From contig CASEMM010000113.1 of NCBI GenBank assembly GCA_949289095.1, forward strand, positions 1 through 43,920: a stretch of DNA of 43,920 nucleotides, written 5' to 3'. Shown piece after piece: positions 8,734-17,887 of the stretch (its first letter is position 1; every line of letters begins with the position of its first letter). Both the position numbers and the translations under genes were made by a program. The DNA comes from an uncultured Eubacteriales bacterium (GTDB lineage Bacteria; Bacillota; Clostridia; Christensenellales; Pumilibacteraceae). The notes under the pieces were generated by a model. The model had not been told where the DNA came from and ran no database searches. It was given only the letters and a program-made list of their open reading frames with translations.

Positions 8734-10683
8734 ATGAGAAAGACATTAACGAAAGCTATCGCGCTGGCTGCTGCTGCGCTTCTGCTTGTGTGCGGTTCGG
8801 GCGCGTTCCTTGCCGGATGCGCGGGAAGTTCGCAGAATGCGGACGTCGGAAGCGTCGTGTATTCCAACGGCGGCACGGTCGTCAGATACGACGGTTACGT
8901 TTACTTTATAAACGGCATTCCCGATTATACCGATGACGAGGGCACGTCCAACGTGGAGGGACAGGTAGTCAAGGGCGGCATTTACCGCGCAAAGATAAAT
9001 GAAGACAGGCCCGCAAGCGTGGATGAGGAAGAGGCGAAGCTGCTCGGCGACGGCGTGCTCACGAGCGAGGAATACGCAAAGACCGAAACCCGTTCGACGA
9101 CGCTGTTCGACGTGCTCGATTTCGAATACGAGATCAAGGATTACATTCAGCTCAAAGAGTATACGATAGGCAACGAGAGCGGCACGGAGCCGGCTACGTA
9201 TGTGGATGAAAACGGCAGAGTCAGACAGAACTACGTTCCCACTAACGGCGGCGCAAGCGAGTTTACCGTAACGGTGGAGCAGGTCGTCGGCAAAAAAGCG
9301 GGCATCGCCGGCTACGACGGCGGACTGTGGATATACGACGGCGTGATATACTTTGCGTCTCCGTCCACAGACCGTGACTCCGAGAGCAACGTCGAATATG
9401 ACAGAACGTCGTTCTGGGCATACGATATAAACGCGGAAAGGCTCTCTCTCCTCTATACGGCAAACGAAGCGAACAACGCTCTCCCGTACGCCTATTACAA
9501 GATCGGCGACAGCGTATATCTCACCACTTTCGAAAACTACTATGCGGACGCCGATGACGAGGATGCGGGCATAACGACGGGATATATCGTCGTCAACCGC
9601 ATTTCGGGAACGAACGTCGAATCGACGTACGAACTCGTCGAAGGGGTTACGAGCGCTTATTTCCCGGTTTCCGAAACATACGATCCGGAGGATACTTCTC
9701 CGGACGACGCCGAGGACTTCGCGTACTTCACCAGGGACAACACGTCCGACGATGCGTACCCGCACGGTGCGACGCTCGAAATGATCTCTCCCGCGGCGAC
9801 GGATAACGAAGAAAACGCCCGTTTCACCGTGGACAGTACGCCTTCTGGCAGCATAACGGTGGAGGGGCTTGAAGGCGGCTATCTGTATTATACCAAGACG
9901 ATGGGAAGCTCGACCGCGCTCCTCATAAACAGCCTGTATTCTCAGCTCAACGCTCACGACGGAAATTATAATCTCGATACCTGCGCCGCGCCTCCCATGA
10001 CGGAAACGGAATCCGTGCTTTGTTCGGACACGTCGGAATATACGACGATACTTCCTATACCGCAGGACAGCAACGACATGATGGCGCCCTGCTTCATGGG
10101 CGCGAATTCCGACGGTATTTACAGAGTGACGGCGACGGGCAGAACGCAGGTATATAACGGATCGATAACTCTCGTCGGCTATCATAACGGCAGAATATAC
10201 TGTACGCTCGAATCGCAGGAAACGGACGACACGGAGGACGATAGTTCGACTGACAGCAGTGAAGAGGAATCCATGACGGCTCTCGTATCCGCATCCGCGT
10301 ATCAGGAATTCACATACTCCACGGCGCAGATACACAACATAGGCATTCCGCCTACGACAACGCCGTTCTCGCTCGATTTCTTCTCTCTCGACTTTAACGT
10401 GAACGGCGAGGAAACGACGGAAACGTATCTTGCGTATTTCGGAACGTACGGCGGTTCGATGTCCGATTATATGTATATCAACAAGGTGAGCGGTTCGTTT
10501 ATCCGTTCCGCGGCAAACGTCAAACTGGGCGATACCGTTTATTCCGAAGAACCCGCAGTCGTATGTTACGATCACAACTGTCTCAACTTCCTGCACGATC
10601 ATTCGTCCTGGGACGATTACACTCCCGACGAAGAGGAAGACGGCACTACGGACGGCACCGGCGACGGTATGACAACGGCATAA
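8734..10683 (+). CDS. Secreted lipoprotein, DUF5050-like beta-propeller repeats (hypothetical)
   Basis: Lipobox LLLVCGSGAFLAGC. Recurrent G..YF/YY motifs (YVYFINGIPDY, DGVIYFASPS, GRIYCTLES). SD GGAGAG. Confidence 0.6.
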   Translation: MRKTLTKAIALAAAALLLVCGSGAFLAGCAGSSQNADVGSVVYSNGGTVVRYDGYVYFINGIPDYTDDEGTSNVEGQVVKGGIYRAKINEDRPASVDEEEAKLLGDGVLTSEEYAKTETRSTTLFDVLDFEYEIKDYIQLKEYTIGNESGTEPATYVDENGRVRQNYVPTNGGASEFTVTVEQVVGKKAGIAGYDGGLWIYDGVIYFASPSTDRDSESNVEYDRTSFWAYDINAERLSLLYTANEANNALPYAYYKIGDSVYLTTFENYYADADDEDAGITTGYIVVNRISGTNVESTYELVEGVTSAYFPVSETYDPEDTSPDDAEDFAYFTRDNTSDDAYPHGATLEMISPAATDNEENARFTVDSTPSGSITVEGLEGGYLYYTKTMGSSTALLINSLYSQLNAHDGNYNLDTCAAPPMTETESVLCSDTSEYTTILPIPQDSNDMMAPCFMGANSDGIYRVTATGRTQVYNGSITLVGYHNGRIYCTLESQETDDTEDDSSTDSSEEESMTALVSASAYQEFTYSTAQIHNIGIPPTTTPFSLDFFSLDFNVNGEETTETYLAYFGTYGGSMSDYMYINKVSGSFIRSAANVKLGDTVYSEEPAVVCYDHNCLNFLHDHSSWDDYTPDEEEDGTTDGTGDGMTTA

Positions 10684-10719
10684 TTCGTGCAATGCGCGGC
10701 AAAAACAGCGTGAAATCGC

Positions 10720-10749
10720 TTGACAAACGTCCGCCCGATATAATAAAAT
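10720..10749 (+). promoter_or_regulatory. Putative sigma-A promoter of rplM-rpsI, TTGACA-18-TAAAAT
   Basis: TTGACA at 10720-10725 and TAAAAT at 10744-10749. Confidence 0.5.
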
Positions 10750-10775
10750 ATTTAGGAATTTGTAATAAATTGCGT

Positions 10776-10800
10776 AAAACCGACATGCCCCGTCGGTTTT
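10776..10800 (+). promoter_or_regulatory. Attenuator-like hairpin in the rplM leader
   Basis: AAAACCGAC-atgcccc-GTCGGTTTT. 9-bp stem ending in a T run, about 58 nt before the rplM ATG. Confidence 0.4.
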
Positions 10801-10857
10801 ATGCGGCTTATGCGGCGGCGTAGCGTGAAATGCGCCGACCGCGCAACGAGGATAAAA

Positions 10858-11352
10858 ATGGAAGAGAACAAGAAAGTGCGGACGGCGCGCCCCGGCAGAA
10901 CGATCGCGGCGACGACCGATCCGGCGAAGAAGGATTCTCCCGCCTATGTGGAGAAAAAGTGGTACGTTGCGGACGGCGCGGGCATGCCTCTGGGCAGACT
11001 TGCGAGTCAGGTAGCCGCGGTGCTCCGCGGCAAGAACAAGCCGCTGTTTACTCCCAACGTGGACTGCGGGGATCACGTCATAGTGATCAACAGCGATAAA
11101 GTCGTTCTGACCGGCAAGAAGCTCGAACAGAAGATGAAGAGAACGCATTCCGGTTATATGGGCGGACTTAAAGAGAAGAGTTACAAGGCGTATATGGCTG
11201 AGTCCTCTGACAAAGCCGTTTACGATGCGGTCAAAGGAATGCTTCCCAAGAACGCTCTCGGCAGAAAGATGATAAAGAAACTGCGCGTTTACAAAGACGC
11301 GTCGCACGGACACGAGGCACAGAAGCCCGAAGTCCTCACGCTCGTTAAATAA
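10858..11352 (+). CDS. rplM: 50S ribosomal protein L13
   Basis: [50 protein letters not shown] is the canonical L13 core. ATG 10858 is preceded by GAGGA. About 20 extra N-terminal residues. Confidence 0.92.
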   Translation: MEENKKVRTARPGRTIAATTDPAKKDSPAYVEKKWYVADGAGMPLGRLASQVAAVLRGKNKPLFTPNVDCGDHVIVINSDKVVLTGKKLEQKMKRTHSGYMGGLKEKSYKAYMAESSDKAVYDAVKGMLPKNALGRKMIKKLRVYKDASHGHEAQKPEVLTLVK

Positions 11353-11364
11353 GGAGTTGTCCCC

Positions 11365-11775
11365 ATGGCTACGAAGAATATCAAGAAGAAGTTACAGTTC
11401 TGGGGAACGGGCCGCCGCAAGAAGGCGGTTGCGAGAGTCCGCCTTATGCCGGGCAGCGGCGTTATAGAGGTCAATAAGCGTTCGCTTGACGAGTACTTCG
11501 GACTCGAAACGCTCAAACTCATCGTCAATCAGCCCCTCGTGCTCACCGAATCCGCAGGCAAGCTCGACATATACGTCAACGTACGCGGCGGCGGCGCAAC
11601 GGGTCAGGCGGGAGCTATCCGCCACGGTATAGCGCGCGCTCTCGTGGAGCTGGACGAGGCTAATAAGTCCGCTCTCAAAAAGGCGGGATTCCTCACCCGC
11701 GATCCGAGAATGAAGGAGAGAAAGAAATACGGTCTTAAAAAGGCGCGTAAGGCTCCTCAGTTCTCCAAGCGTTGA
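11365..11775 (+). CDS. rpsI: 30S ribosomal protein S9
   Basis: [14 protein letters not shown]...[19 protein letters not shown]...[25 protein letters not shown]. Confidence 0.95.
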   Translation: MATKNIKKKLQFWGTGRRKKAVARVRLMPGSGVIEVNKRSLDEYFGLETLKLIVNQPLVLTESAGKLDIYVNVRGGGATGQAGAIRHGIARALVELDEANKSALKKAGFLTRDPRMKERKKYGLKKARKAPQFSKR

Positions 11776-11793
11776 TCTGCGGATAACCGATAT

Positions 11794-11828
11794 GAAAAAA
11801 ACGGAAAGCAAGTCTTTCCGTTTTTTCG
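11794..11828 (+). terminator. Rho-independent terminator of rplM-rpsI
   Basis: AAAAAAACGGAAAG-caagt-CTTTCCGTTTTTT. Stem 11801-11808/11814-11821, T tract to 11826. Confidence 0.85.
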
Positions 11829-12012
11829 TTTGTCTGCGTTTCCGCACGCTTGTGTCGATTTTAAGCCTCGCACATTTGTGCGCCTGCGTTGCTTTTTCGT
11901 CTGCGCGCGTTTGCGTGTCCGCGCTGCACGCCGTCCGTATTTTTGCATAACGTGCGGGATATATTTGCGGCAAAACGGAAAACAAAGGGGCGCTTCCGCG
12001 CATACTAAACGC

Positions 12013-13554
12013 ATGAAGAAATTATGCGGTTCTGCGGCGGCGCTTGCCGCCGCGGGCATTGCGGCGAAGTTTATCGGAGCGATGCACAAACTTCCTCTCA
12101 TAGCCTTTCTCGGCGCGGAAGGCACGGGACTCTATCAGCTTGCTTTTCCCGTCTATGCCGCAGTTCTCATGCTGACGAGCGGCGGAACGGTGCAGGCCGT
12201 ATCGCGCGAAGCGGCGCGCGAGGGAGGACGGGCGGCAGACGCGTTTTCCGCCGGACTGCTGTTCGCCGTAATTGCCGGCGTTGCGGGCGGCATGTTTATG
12301 GCTGCCGCGGGAAAGACCCTTGCCGCATTGCAGGGGAATCCCGAGGCATTCCCGTCCTATCTCGCCCTTGCTCCGGCAGTGCCGTTTTCCTGCGTCATAG
12401 CCGCTCTCCGCGGCTGGTGGCAGGGCAGGAGAAGTCTGCTTCCGACGGCTCTCGGTCAGCTGTCCGAGCAGGTTGTCAAACTTGTGCTCGGTCTTGCGCT
12501 ATCGCACGCCCTTATGCCGTTCGGAACGGCGTTTGCCGTGGCGGGTGCGCTTGCGGGCGTAACGGCGGGGGAGTTGTTTACATGCGCGGCAATGCTCGTC
12601 GCCGCGCGTGCGTCGCTCCGCCGGGAAAAGGAGCGCGGACGCGGGACGGGATTCTCCGTTGCGTTCCGCCGCATTGCGTGCGACGCTCTTCCGACGGCGC
12701 TCGGTGCTCTCGTTCTGCCCGCTTTGCAGCTGACCGACAGCGTAATGGTCGTGAATATTCTCACATCCGGCGGGATGTCGCCTTCGGAAGCGACGGCTCT
12801 TTACGGCGTTGCTACCGCTCCCGCGTCTGCGATAGCCGGGCTTCCTCCGATGCTTACGGCTGCTTATGCCGCGGCTCTTTTACCCGTGCTTACCGGCGGC
12901 AGCGAGGAGGATAAGCGCAGGGCGGCGTCAGGCGCGACGGGCGTTGCGTTTCTCGCGGGTATTGCCGGAGCTGCGGTCATGACGGTTTTTCCCTGCGAAA
13001 TAACGGACGTGCTGTATCCCGGCGGACTGAACGGTGAGCGTCTGGATACGGCGGTGTTCGCATTGCGCGCTTCCGGTGCGGGCGTAGCGTTCGTCTGTCT
13101 GAAACAGATAACGTCTGCGGCTTTGCAGGCGGAGGGCAGAGCATATATTCCGGCGCTGACAATGCTTGCGGCGGGAGCGGTCAAAGCCGCGCTTACCGCA
13201 GTGTTCGTGCGCGCGTTCGGGGCAGGAGGGGGAGCTGCGGCAACATCCGCGGCGTATGCGCTGTCTTTCGCCGCCGATGCTTTCGCATCGCGCGGAACGC
13301 TGCGCGCGTGCGCGCCCGTATTCACTATGCTCAAATGCTGCCTTGCCGTCGGAACGGGCGCCGCCGCGGGTATTGCCGCGCGGTTTCTTCCCGTTGCGGG
13401 AGCGCTGCCCGTCGCCGCAGTATGCGGAGGCGTATCCCTGCTCGCCGCTCTGCTCGTGCTGGTCGCTTCGAACGCTTTCGGCATTGCGTCGCGTCTGCCG
13501 TCCGCAGCGAAAATATTTTCCCGCATATTTGCCAATAAAATCAAAAAGAATTGA
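12013..13554 (+). CDS. MOP-superfamily polysaccharide/lipid II flippase (SpoVB/MurJ-like)
   Basis: Polytopic membrane protein. The N-terminus MKKLCGSAAALAAAGIAAKFIGAMHKLPLIAFLGAEGTGLYQLAFPVY resembles SpoVB/Wzx-type flippases. The upstream 61 codons of the track ORF are judged non-coding. Confidence 0.7.
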   Translation: MKKLCGSAAALAAAGIAAKFIGAMHKLPLIAFLGAEGTGLYQLAFPVYAAVLMLTSGGTVQAVSREAAREGGRAADAFSAGLLFAVIAGVAGGMFMAAAGKTLAALQGNPEAFPSYLALAPAVPFSCVIAALRGWWQGRRSLLPTALGQLSEQVVKLVLGLALSHALMPFGTAFAVAGALAGVTAGELFTCAAMLVAARASLRREKERGRGTGFSVAFRRIACDALPTALGALVLPALQLTDSVMVVNILTSGGMSPSEATALYGVATAPASAIAGLPPMLTAAYAAALLPVLTGGSEEDKRRAASGATGVAFLAGIAGAAVMTVFPCEITDVLYPGGLNGERLDTAVFALRASGAGVAFVCLKQITSAALQAEGRAYIPALTMLAAGAVKAALTAVFVRAFGAGGGAAATSAAYALSFAADAFASRGTLRACAPVFTMLKCCLAVGTGAAAGIAARFLPVAGALPVAAVCGGVSLLAALLVLVASNAFGIASRLPSAAKIFSRIFANKIKKN

Positions 13555-13579
13555 CAAATCGGCTTCATTAAATTATAAT
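13551..13579 (+). promoter_or_regulatory. Consensus sigma-A promoter TTGACA-17-TATAAT, 10 nt upstream of ATG 13590
   Basis: TTGACA at 13551-13556 contains the TGA stop (13552-13554) of the upstream gene. TATAAT at 13574-13579. No SD before the ATG. Confidence 0.65.
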
Positions 13580-13589
13580 CATAATTGAT

Positions 13590-14867
13590 ATGGTTTTTGC
13601 GTATGAATTCGATATATTCGGCATCCTTTACACGGCAATAGCCGCCGTTTTATTTGCGGCGCTCGTTGCCGCGTTTATCGTTTTCTGCGTCAGAAAAGCT
13701 CCGTGCGGACGCGGGACGGTTGCGTTCCGCGCGCTCGACATTATTCTTCTTGCGATACTCGCTGCGGTATGGTGCGTGTATATATTGATCCGTATCGGCA
13801 TATTTTCGCTAAGCGGAGAGGGATTTTCGTTCTATTCCGGCGGAGAGGTGATATTCACCGTACCGGGTTGCGTCAACGCTTATTTTATTGCGCACAGCGT
13901 GCTCGGTACGCTGCTTCTCGGCGCGGTTACGGCATTCTGCATAGCAGATCTCATACTGGCGTTTGCGCTGCGCCGCAAAGTCCCTTCCGCAAGTGCGGAA
14001 CCGCTTTCGGAAAGCGAAGAGTTTTCTCCGTACGGATCTCCCGCGCCTTATTCCGCCGCAGAAACCGCTTTTTCGGTGAGCGCGCCTGAAAATACGGGAC
14101 ATGCGGACGCCGCGGACGAAAAAGAACGGCAGTCGGAAGAATCAGCGGAAGCGCATGCGGCGGAAGAAATCATTAAGGAAGAAACTTCCGAAAGACCGGC
14201 AGAGGAGATATCTGCGGAAGAAGAAACGGCGGCAGAGCGTGAGACCGCGGAAGAGCGATTGTCTGAAGAGTGTGCGGATAAACCGGAAACGCTGCCGGAG
14301 GATGACCGCGCCATGCACCCGTCCGACGAGCCGCCGGCGGAAATCGAAGCGGAAGAATGTGTTGCGGAACAGCCTGCCGATGAGCAGACCGAACTTACCG
14401 CGGCAGAGCCGCCGGAGGAAGAACATAAAGCGGAGGAAGTCCCCGCCGGGCGTGAGGAAGGCTCTCTTTCCGCGGGCGTAGAGGAATTTGTACCCGCCGC
14501 GTCGGGAGCGGCGGAACGCGAACGGCAGCCGCGCCGCGACAGCTCGGTAATAACGGGAGTCCGTGAAAATCCGCGGGCTACGTCGCGTAAAAAATATGCG
14601 TCCGCGTTACAGCGTCCGGGTACGAAAAAGAACGTCCGGAGCGCTGCGGAAATCGAAGCGGAGGCGACAGCGCGCGACGAAGAGGAACGGCAGACCGCCG
14701 AAGAACGAATCGCGGCGCCCGCTCCCGGACCTCTGCCGATAACGCGCCGGCTTGTGATAACCAACAGGATGAACGTCGTGAACATGTACAACGAATATCT
14801 GCGCGAAAAGAAGGCTCACGAAAACGAAAAGATATCCGCGTCGTCTGACGAAGCGGACCGAAAGTAA
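13590..14867 (+). CDS. Membrane protein with long Glu/Ala-rich acidic disordered region (hypothetical)
   Basis: About 4 N-terminal TM helices (ILYTAIAAVLFAALVAAFIVF...), then an EE/AE-rich low-complexity segment and a basic C-terminus. Confidence 0.6.
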   Translation: MVFAYEFDIFGILYTAIAAVLFAALVAAFIVFCVRKAPCGRGTVAFRALDIILLAILAAVWCVYILIRIGIFSLSGEGFSFYSGGEVIFTVPGCVNAYFIAHSVLGTLLLGAVTAFCIADLILAFALRRKVPSASAEPLSESEEFSPYGSPAPYSAAETAFSVSAPENTGHADAADEKERQSEESAEAHAAEEIIKEETSERPAEEISAEEETAAERETAEERLSEECADKPETLPEDDRAMHPSDEPPAEIEAEECVAEQPADEQTELTAAEPPEEEHKAEEVPAGREEGSLSAGVEEFVPAASGAAERERQPRRDSSVITGVRENPRATSRKKYASALQRPGTKKNVRSAAEIEAEATARDEEERQTAEERIAAPAPGPLPITRRLVITNRMNVVNMYNEYLREKKAHENEKISASSDEADRK

Positions 14868-14907
14868 TAACAAACGGAACTACAAAACGGGTGGGAAAGG
14901 AAATCAT

Positions 14908-15849
14908 ATGTATCAGATAGGTATCGACATAGGCGGTACGACGGTCAAGGCCGGACTTGTCAGCGAAGGAAGGATCATTTCCTGGAAATCCGTCGTTACG
15001 GACGTGGATGCGGGCGCGGATAAAATCATCGCGGATATAGCCGGACTCGTGAACTCGCTCAAGGACGACGCGGGCGACAAGGTCATAACCGGCGTGGGCA
15101 TAGGTTGTCCGGGCGCGGTTAATTCCTGTTCGGGTATAGTGGATCACGCATATAACCTCAGATGGGAGTTCGTTCCGCTCGGAGAGAAAATGCAGCGTCT
15201 GACCGGCTATCCCACGCGCGTCTGCAACGACGCGAACGCGGCTGCGCTCGGCGAAGCGAAGTACGGAGCGGGCAAGACGTATAAGAGCAGCGTGTTCATC
15301 ACGATAGGAACGGGCATAGGCAGCGGAATAATAATAGACGGCAGACTGTTCGAGGGCAATCAGTCCAAGGGCGCGGAGATAGGTCACGTCGTCATAAAGT
15401 CCGGCGGCGAACCCTGCTCGTGCGGCAGACGCGGCTGTTTCGAAGCGTATTCTTCCGCGACGGCGCTCATACGCGACACCCGCCGCGCGATGATGCGCAG
15501 CAAATCGACCAAGCTGTGGGAAGTCTGTCCGAACATAGACGACGTGAACGGCAAGACGGTGTTCGACGCGATGCTGCTCGGCGACAAAGCCGCAAAGCGC
15601 GTGTTCGACAATTATATAACGATGCTTGGCGAGGGACTCGTCAATATCGTGAACGCGCTTCGTCCCGAGGCGATTATTCTCGGCGGAGGCGTGTGCGCGC
15701 AGGGCGACGTGCTGCTCAATCCGCTCAAAAAATACATAGCTAAATATTCGTTCGGGGAAGGTCCGCACGTCGGACTTCATACCGCGACGCTCAAAAACGA
15801 TGCGGGCATAATAGGCGCCGCAGCCCTCGTTGCATGGGCGGATAACTGA
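14908..15849 (+). CDS. glcK: ROK-family glucokinase
   Basis: MYQIGIDIGGTTVKAGLV ATP-binding motif. ROK zinc motif GHVVIKSGGEPCSCGRRGCFEAYSS. SD GGGAAAGGA. Confidence 0.85.
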   Translation: MYQIGIDIGGTTVKAGLVSEGRIISWKSVVTDVDAGADKIIADIAGLVNSLKDDAGDKVITGVGIGCPGAVNSCSGIVDHAYNLRWEFVPLGEKMQRLTGYPTRVCNDANAAALGEAKYGAGKTYKSSVFITIGTGIGSGIIIDGRLFEGNQSKGAEIGHVVIKSGGEPCSCGRRGCFEAYSSATALIRDTRRAMMRSKSTKLWEVCPNIDDVNGKTVFDAMLLGDKAAKRVFDNYITMLGEGLVNIVNALRPEAIILGGGVCAQGDVLLNPLKKYIAKYSFGEGPHVGLHTATLKNDAGIIGAAALVAWADN

Positions 15850-15866
15850 TCGAACAGGTTCGTGAA

Positions 15867-15909
15867 TACGCATAAAGCCGCGCCCGTACGGGCGTGGCTT
15901 TATGCGTAT
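15867..15909. terminator. Bidirectional terminator hairpin between convergent glcK and the dipeptidase gene
   Basis: ATACGCATAAAGCCGCGCCC-gtac-GGGCGTGGCTTTATGCGTAT. Long stem with one mismatch. Confidence 0.7.
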
Positions 15910-15937
15910 CGTTATTGCGCGCGAACGCGTCGTATCG

Positions 15938-17227
15938 TTACTTTCCGAATGCTTCGTCGAGCGCTATTATCGCACGATAGAATATTTCGGATAGCCGTGC
16001 GAAATCGGAGACGGGATAGCACTCGTCGGCGTCGTGCATGCGCGTATCCCGTCCGGGAAATACCGCGCCGAACGCTATGCAGCCGGGCAGTTCCTTGGCA
16101 TATGTTCCTCCTCCTATGTGCAGAGGGACGGATCCGAAGTCTCCCGTGCAGTCGCGGTATACTTTCATGAGCGTGTTCACGAGTATGCCGTTTTCGTCGT
16201 GCACGAGCGGCGGCGCATAATGAAGCACGGTTATATCGGTGCCTTCCGGCAGTACTTTTCCGAGCGCGCGCATAGCGTCCTCTTCCGAGTAGATCGCGCA
16301 CAGACGCATGTCCGCCGTCAGCGTTATTCTGCCGCCGCTCAGCGCACACATGCCGATATTGACCGTTGTGCTTCCCGTGACGTCTCTGCCGTTCAGACCG
16401 AGGCGTTCGGGAACGGACAGATCCCGGAAAAGTTCCGCGGCGCGTCCGAGTCCTTCGTCGGAAGGGAACATGGCTGCGAGACGCGGAAGCATTGCGGATA
16501 TTGCGTTTACTCCTCTTTCGGGTACTGATGCGTGCGCGGCTTTGCCGTTTGTTTCCAGCGTTTCGCGGCCGCGCTCGCCGTTCACGATCGCGCGGCAGAT
16601 CGCCGGGACTATGTTCGGTCTCGAACCGCCGTCGAGAGAGATGAGCTTTTCAGCCGTCTCCGCGCATCGCGGAAGGGTTATAGAAACGTGCAGTATGCCC
16701 TTTTCGCTCGCGGTGACGGGAAAGTCGGAGTCGGGAGTGAACGACACGAGGGGAATTTCGCAATGCGAGGCATAGTGTTTTATGCACGCCGACCCTTCTT
16801 CTTCGTTGCAGCCGGCGATCAGACGGATTCTTCCGTGTAACGGGTGTTTTTCCTTCGCTAAGCGCGCGAGTGCGTAAAGGCTCGCTATCAGCGGACCTTT
16901 ATCGTCGCTGACGCCGCGTCCGTACATCGTTCCGCCGCGCACGTCCAGAGAAAAGGGCGGGCTTGTCCAGCCGTTTCCCGCAGGCACGACGTCGAGGTGG
17001 GCGAGAATGCCGACGGTAATTCTGCCGTCGCCGTATTCCGCCCAACCCGCGTAGCCGTCGTCGTCGCCCGTATTCAGCCCCATTTCGCGCGCGCGGGACA
17101 GAAACAGATCGAGCGCGCGGCGGTTTTCCGCTCCGAACGGAGCGCCGGGAAGAGGGGCGGAGGCGACCGACGGAACGGCAACGAGAGCCGCAAGATCCTG
17201 CGTCATTCTTTTTGTATCGTAGTTCAT
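15938..17227 (-). CDS. pepV: M20-family dipeptidase (PepV/Sapep-like)
   Basis: M20 motifs GILAHLDVVPAG, GRGVSDDKGP, NEEEGS. The start at 17227 (MNYDTKRM...) is chosen because a consensus promoter ends 6 nt upstream. Confidence 0.8.
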   Translation of the reverse strand: MNYDTKRMTQDLAALVAVPSVASAPLPGAPFGAENRRALDLFLSRAREMGLNTGDDDGYAGWAEYGDGRITVGILAHLDVVPAGNGWTSPPFSLDVRGGTMYGRGVSDDKGPLIASLYALARLAKEKHPLHGRIRLIAGCNEEEGSACIKHYASHCEIPLVSFTPDSDFPVTASEKGILHVSITLPRCAETAEKLISLDGGSRPNIVPAICRAIVNGERGRETLETNGKAAHASVPERGVNAISAMLPRLAAMFPSDEGLGRAAELFRDLSVPERLGLNGRDVTGSTTVNIGMCALSGGRITLTADMRLCAIYSEEDAMRALGKVLPEGTDITVLHYAPPLVHDENGILVNTLMKVYRDCTGDFGSVPLHIGGGTYAKELPGCIAFGAVFPGRDTRMHDADECYPVSDFARLSEIFYRAIIALDEAFGK

Positions 17228-17233
17228 GCTTTT

Positions 17234-17262
17234 ATTATATTTTATGCGCGCAATTATGTCAA
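17234..17262 (-). promoter_or_regulatory. Consensus sigma-A promoter TTGACA-17-TATAAT ending 6 nt before ATG 17227 (leaderless)
   Basis: On the minus strand: TTGACA (17262-17257), 17 nt, TATAAT (17239-17234), aaaagc, ATG. No SD. Confidence 0.7.
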
Positions 17263-17280
17263 CTTTATTCATTAAAACTA

Positions 17281-17309
17281 TTGACAACGTGGCTTTCGGC
17301 GTGTATAAT
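17281..17309 (+). promoter_or_regulatory. Consensus sigma-A promoter TTGACA-17-TATAAT ending 7 nt before ATG 17317 (leaderless)
   Basis: TTGACA at 17281-17286, TATAAT at 17304-17309, atgcgat, ATG 17317. No SD. Confidence 0.7.
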
Positions 17310-17316
17310 ATGCGAT

Positions 17317-17802
17317 ATGAATGCAGTATGCTTAACGGGCAATCGTCCGCATAAACTCCCTTTCAGGGAGGGCAGCCGCGAGCAGCAGCTCCTGACGGAA
17401 CGAATGAAGAACGCCGTCACGGAGCTGATAGGAGAGGGCTACCGTCGGTTCATTACGGGCATGGCGCTCGGTTCGGACATCTGGTTCGCCGAATGCGTCA
17501 TAGACCTGATGGATGTGTATCCCGACATAGAACTCGAAGCTGCCGTGCCGTATGCGGGTCAGCGCGACAGCCTTGCGGCTGCGGACAGATTCCGTTACGA
17601 CGCGGTGCTGTCCAGGTGTTCGAAAGTGACGATGCTCGGCAACGAATATACCAAATACTGCATGAGCAGGCGCAACCGTTATATGGTGGATAATTCGGAC
17701 GTTGTACTCGTCGTTCTTTATTCGGAAACGGGCGGAACGGCAAACACGCTTGCTTACGCGAAGAAAAAAGGCAGGCGGATAATAGATCTTTCGTCCGTGT
17801 GA
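17317..17802 (+). CDS. SLOG-superfamily DUF1273 protein (YpsA-like)
   Basis: MNAVCLTGNRPHKLPF...RRFITGMALGSDIWFAECVIDL...GGTANTLAYAKKKG matches the DUF1273/YpsA pattern. Confidence 0.75.
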   Translation: MNAVCLTGNRPHKLPFREGSREQQLLTERMKNAVTELIGEGYRRFITGMALGSDIWFAECVIDLMDVYPDIELEAAVPYAGQRDSLAAADRFRYDAVLSRCSKVTMLGNEYTKYCMSRRNRYMVDNSDVVLVVLYSETGGTANTLAYAKKKGRRIIDLSSV

Positions 17803-17887
17803 CCGTCGCACGTCGGTTGCAAGCGGAATAGAAATATAATAATCGGACGATAATAAATCGGACCGTGAGATCAGGAGACAGCTACTT

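Noticed and set aside
1519-11313. Very long ORFs antisense to real genes: 1519-3492, 4910-6406, 5514-8564 (1016 aa) and 8746-11313 (855 aa), all on the minus strand.
   Set aside because: They are Arg/Ala/Gly/His-rich low-information translations with no recognisable motifs. They lie exactly opposite well-supported genes (PPIase, GH2, lipoprotein, rplM). This is typical of stop-codon-poor shadow frames in GC-rich DNA.
11829-12012. GC-rich 180-bp spacer with recurring TGCG/GCGT motifs upstream of the flippase gene, considered as a repeat array or sRNA. It also contains a CATACTA box 6 nt before ATG 12013 that resembles a sigma-E -10.
   Set aside because: I found no periodic or exact repeat unit and no convincing stem-loop-plus-terminator. 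The sigma-E match lacks a supporting -35 and cannot be judged by eye.
14100-14500. Apparent nucleotide repetitiveness (GAAGAA/GCGGAAG) suggesting a tandem repeat or CRISPR-like array.
   Set aside because: It is the coding image of a Glu/Ala-rich low-complexity protein segment. There is no fixed repeat length and no spacer structure. No CRISPR array, tRNA or rRNA was seen anywhere in the window.
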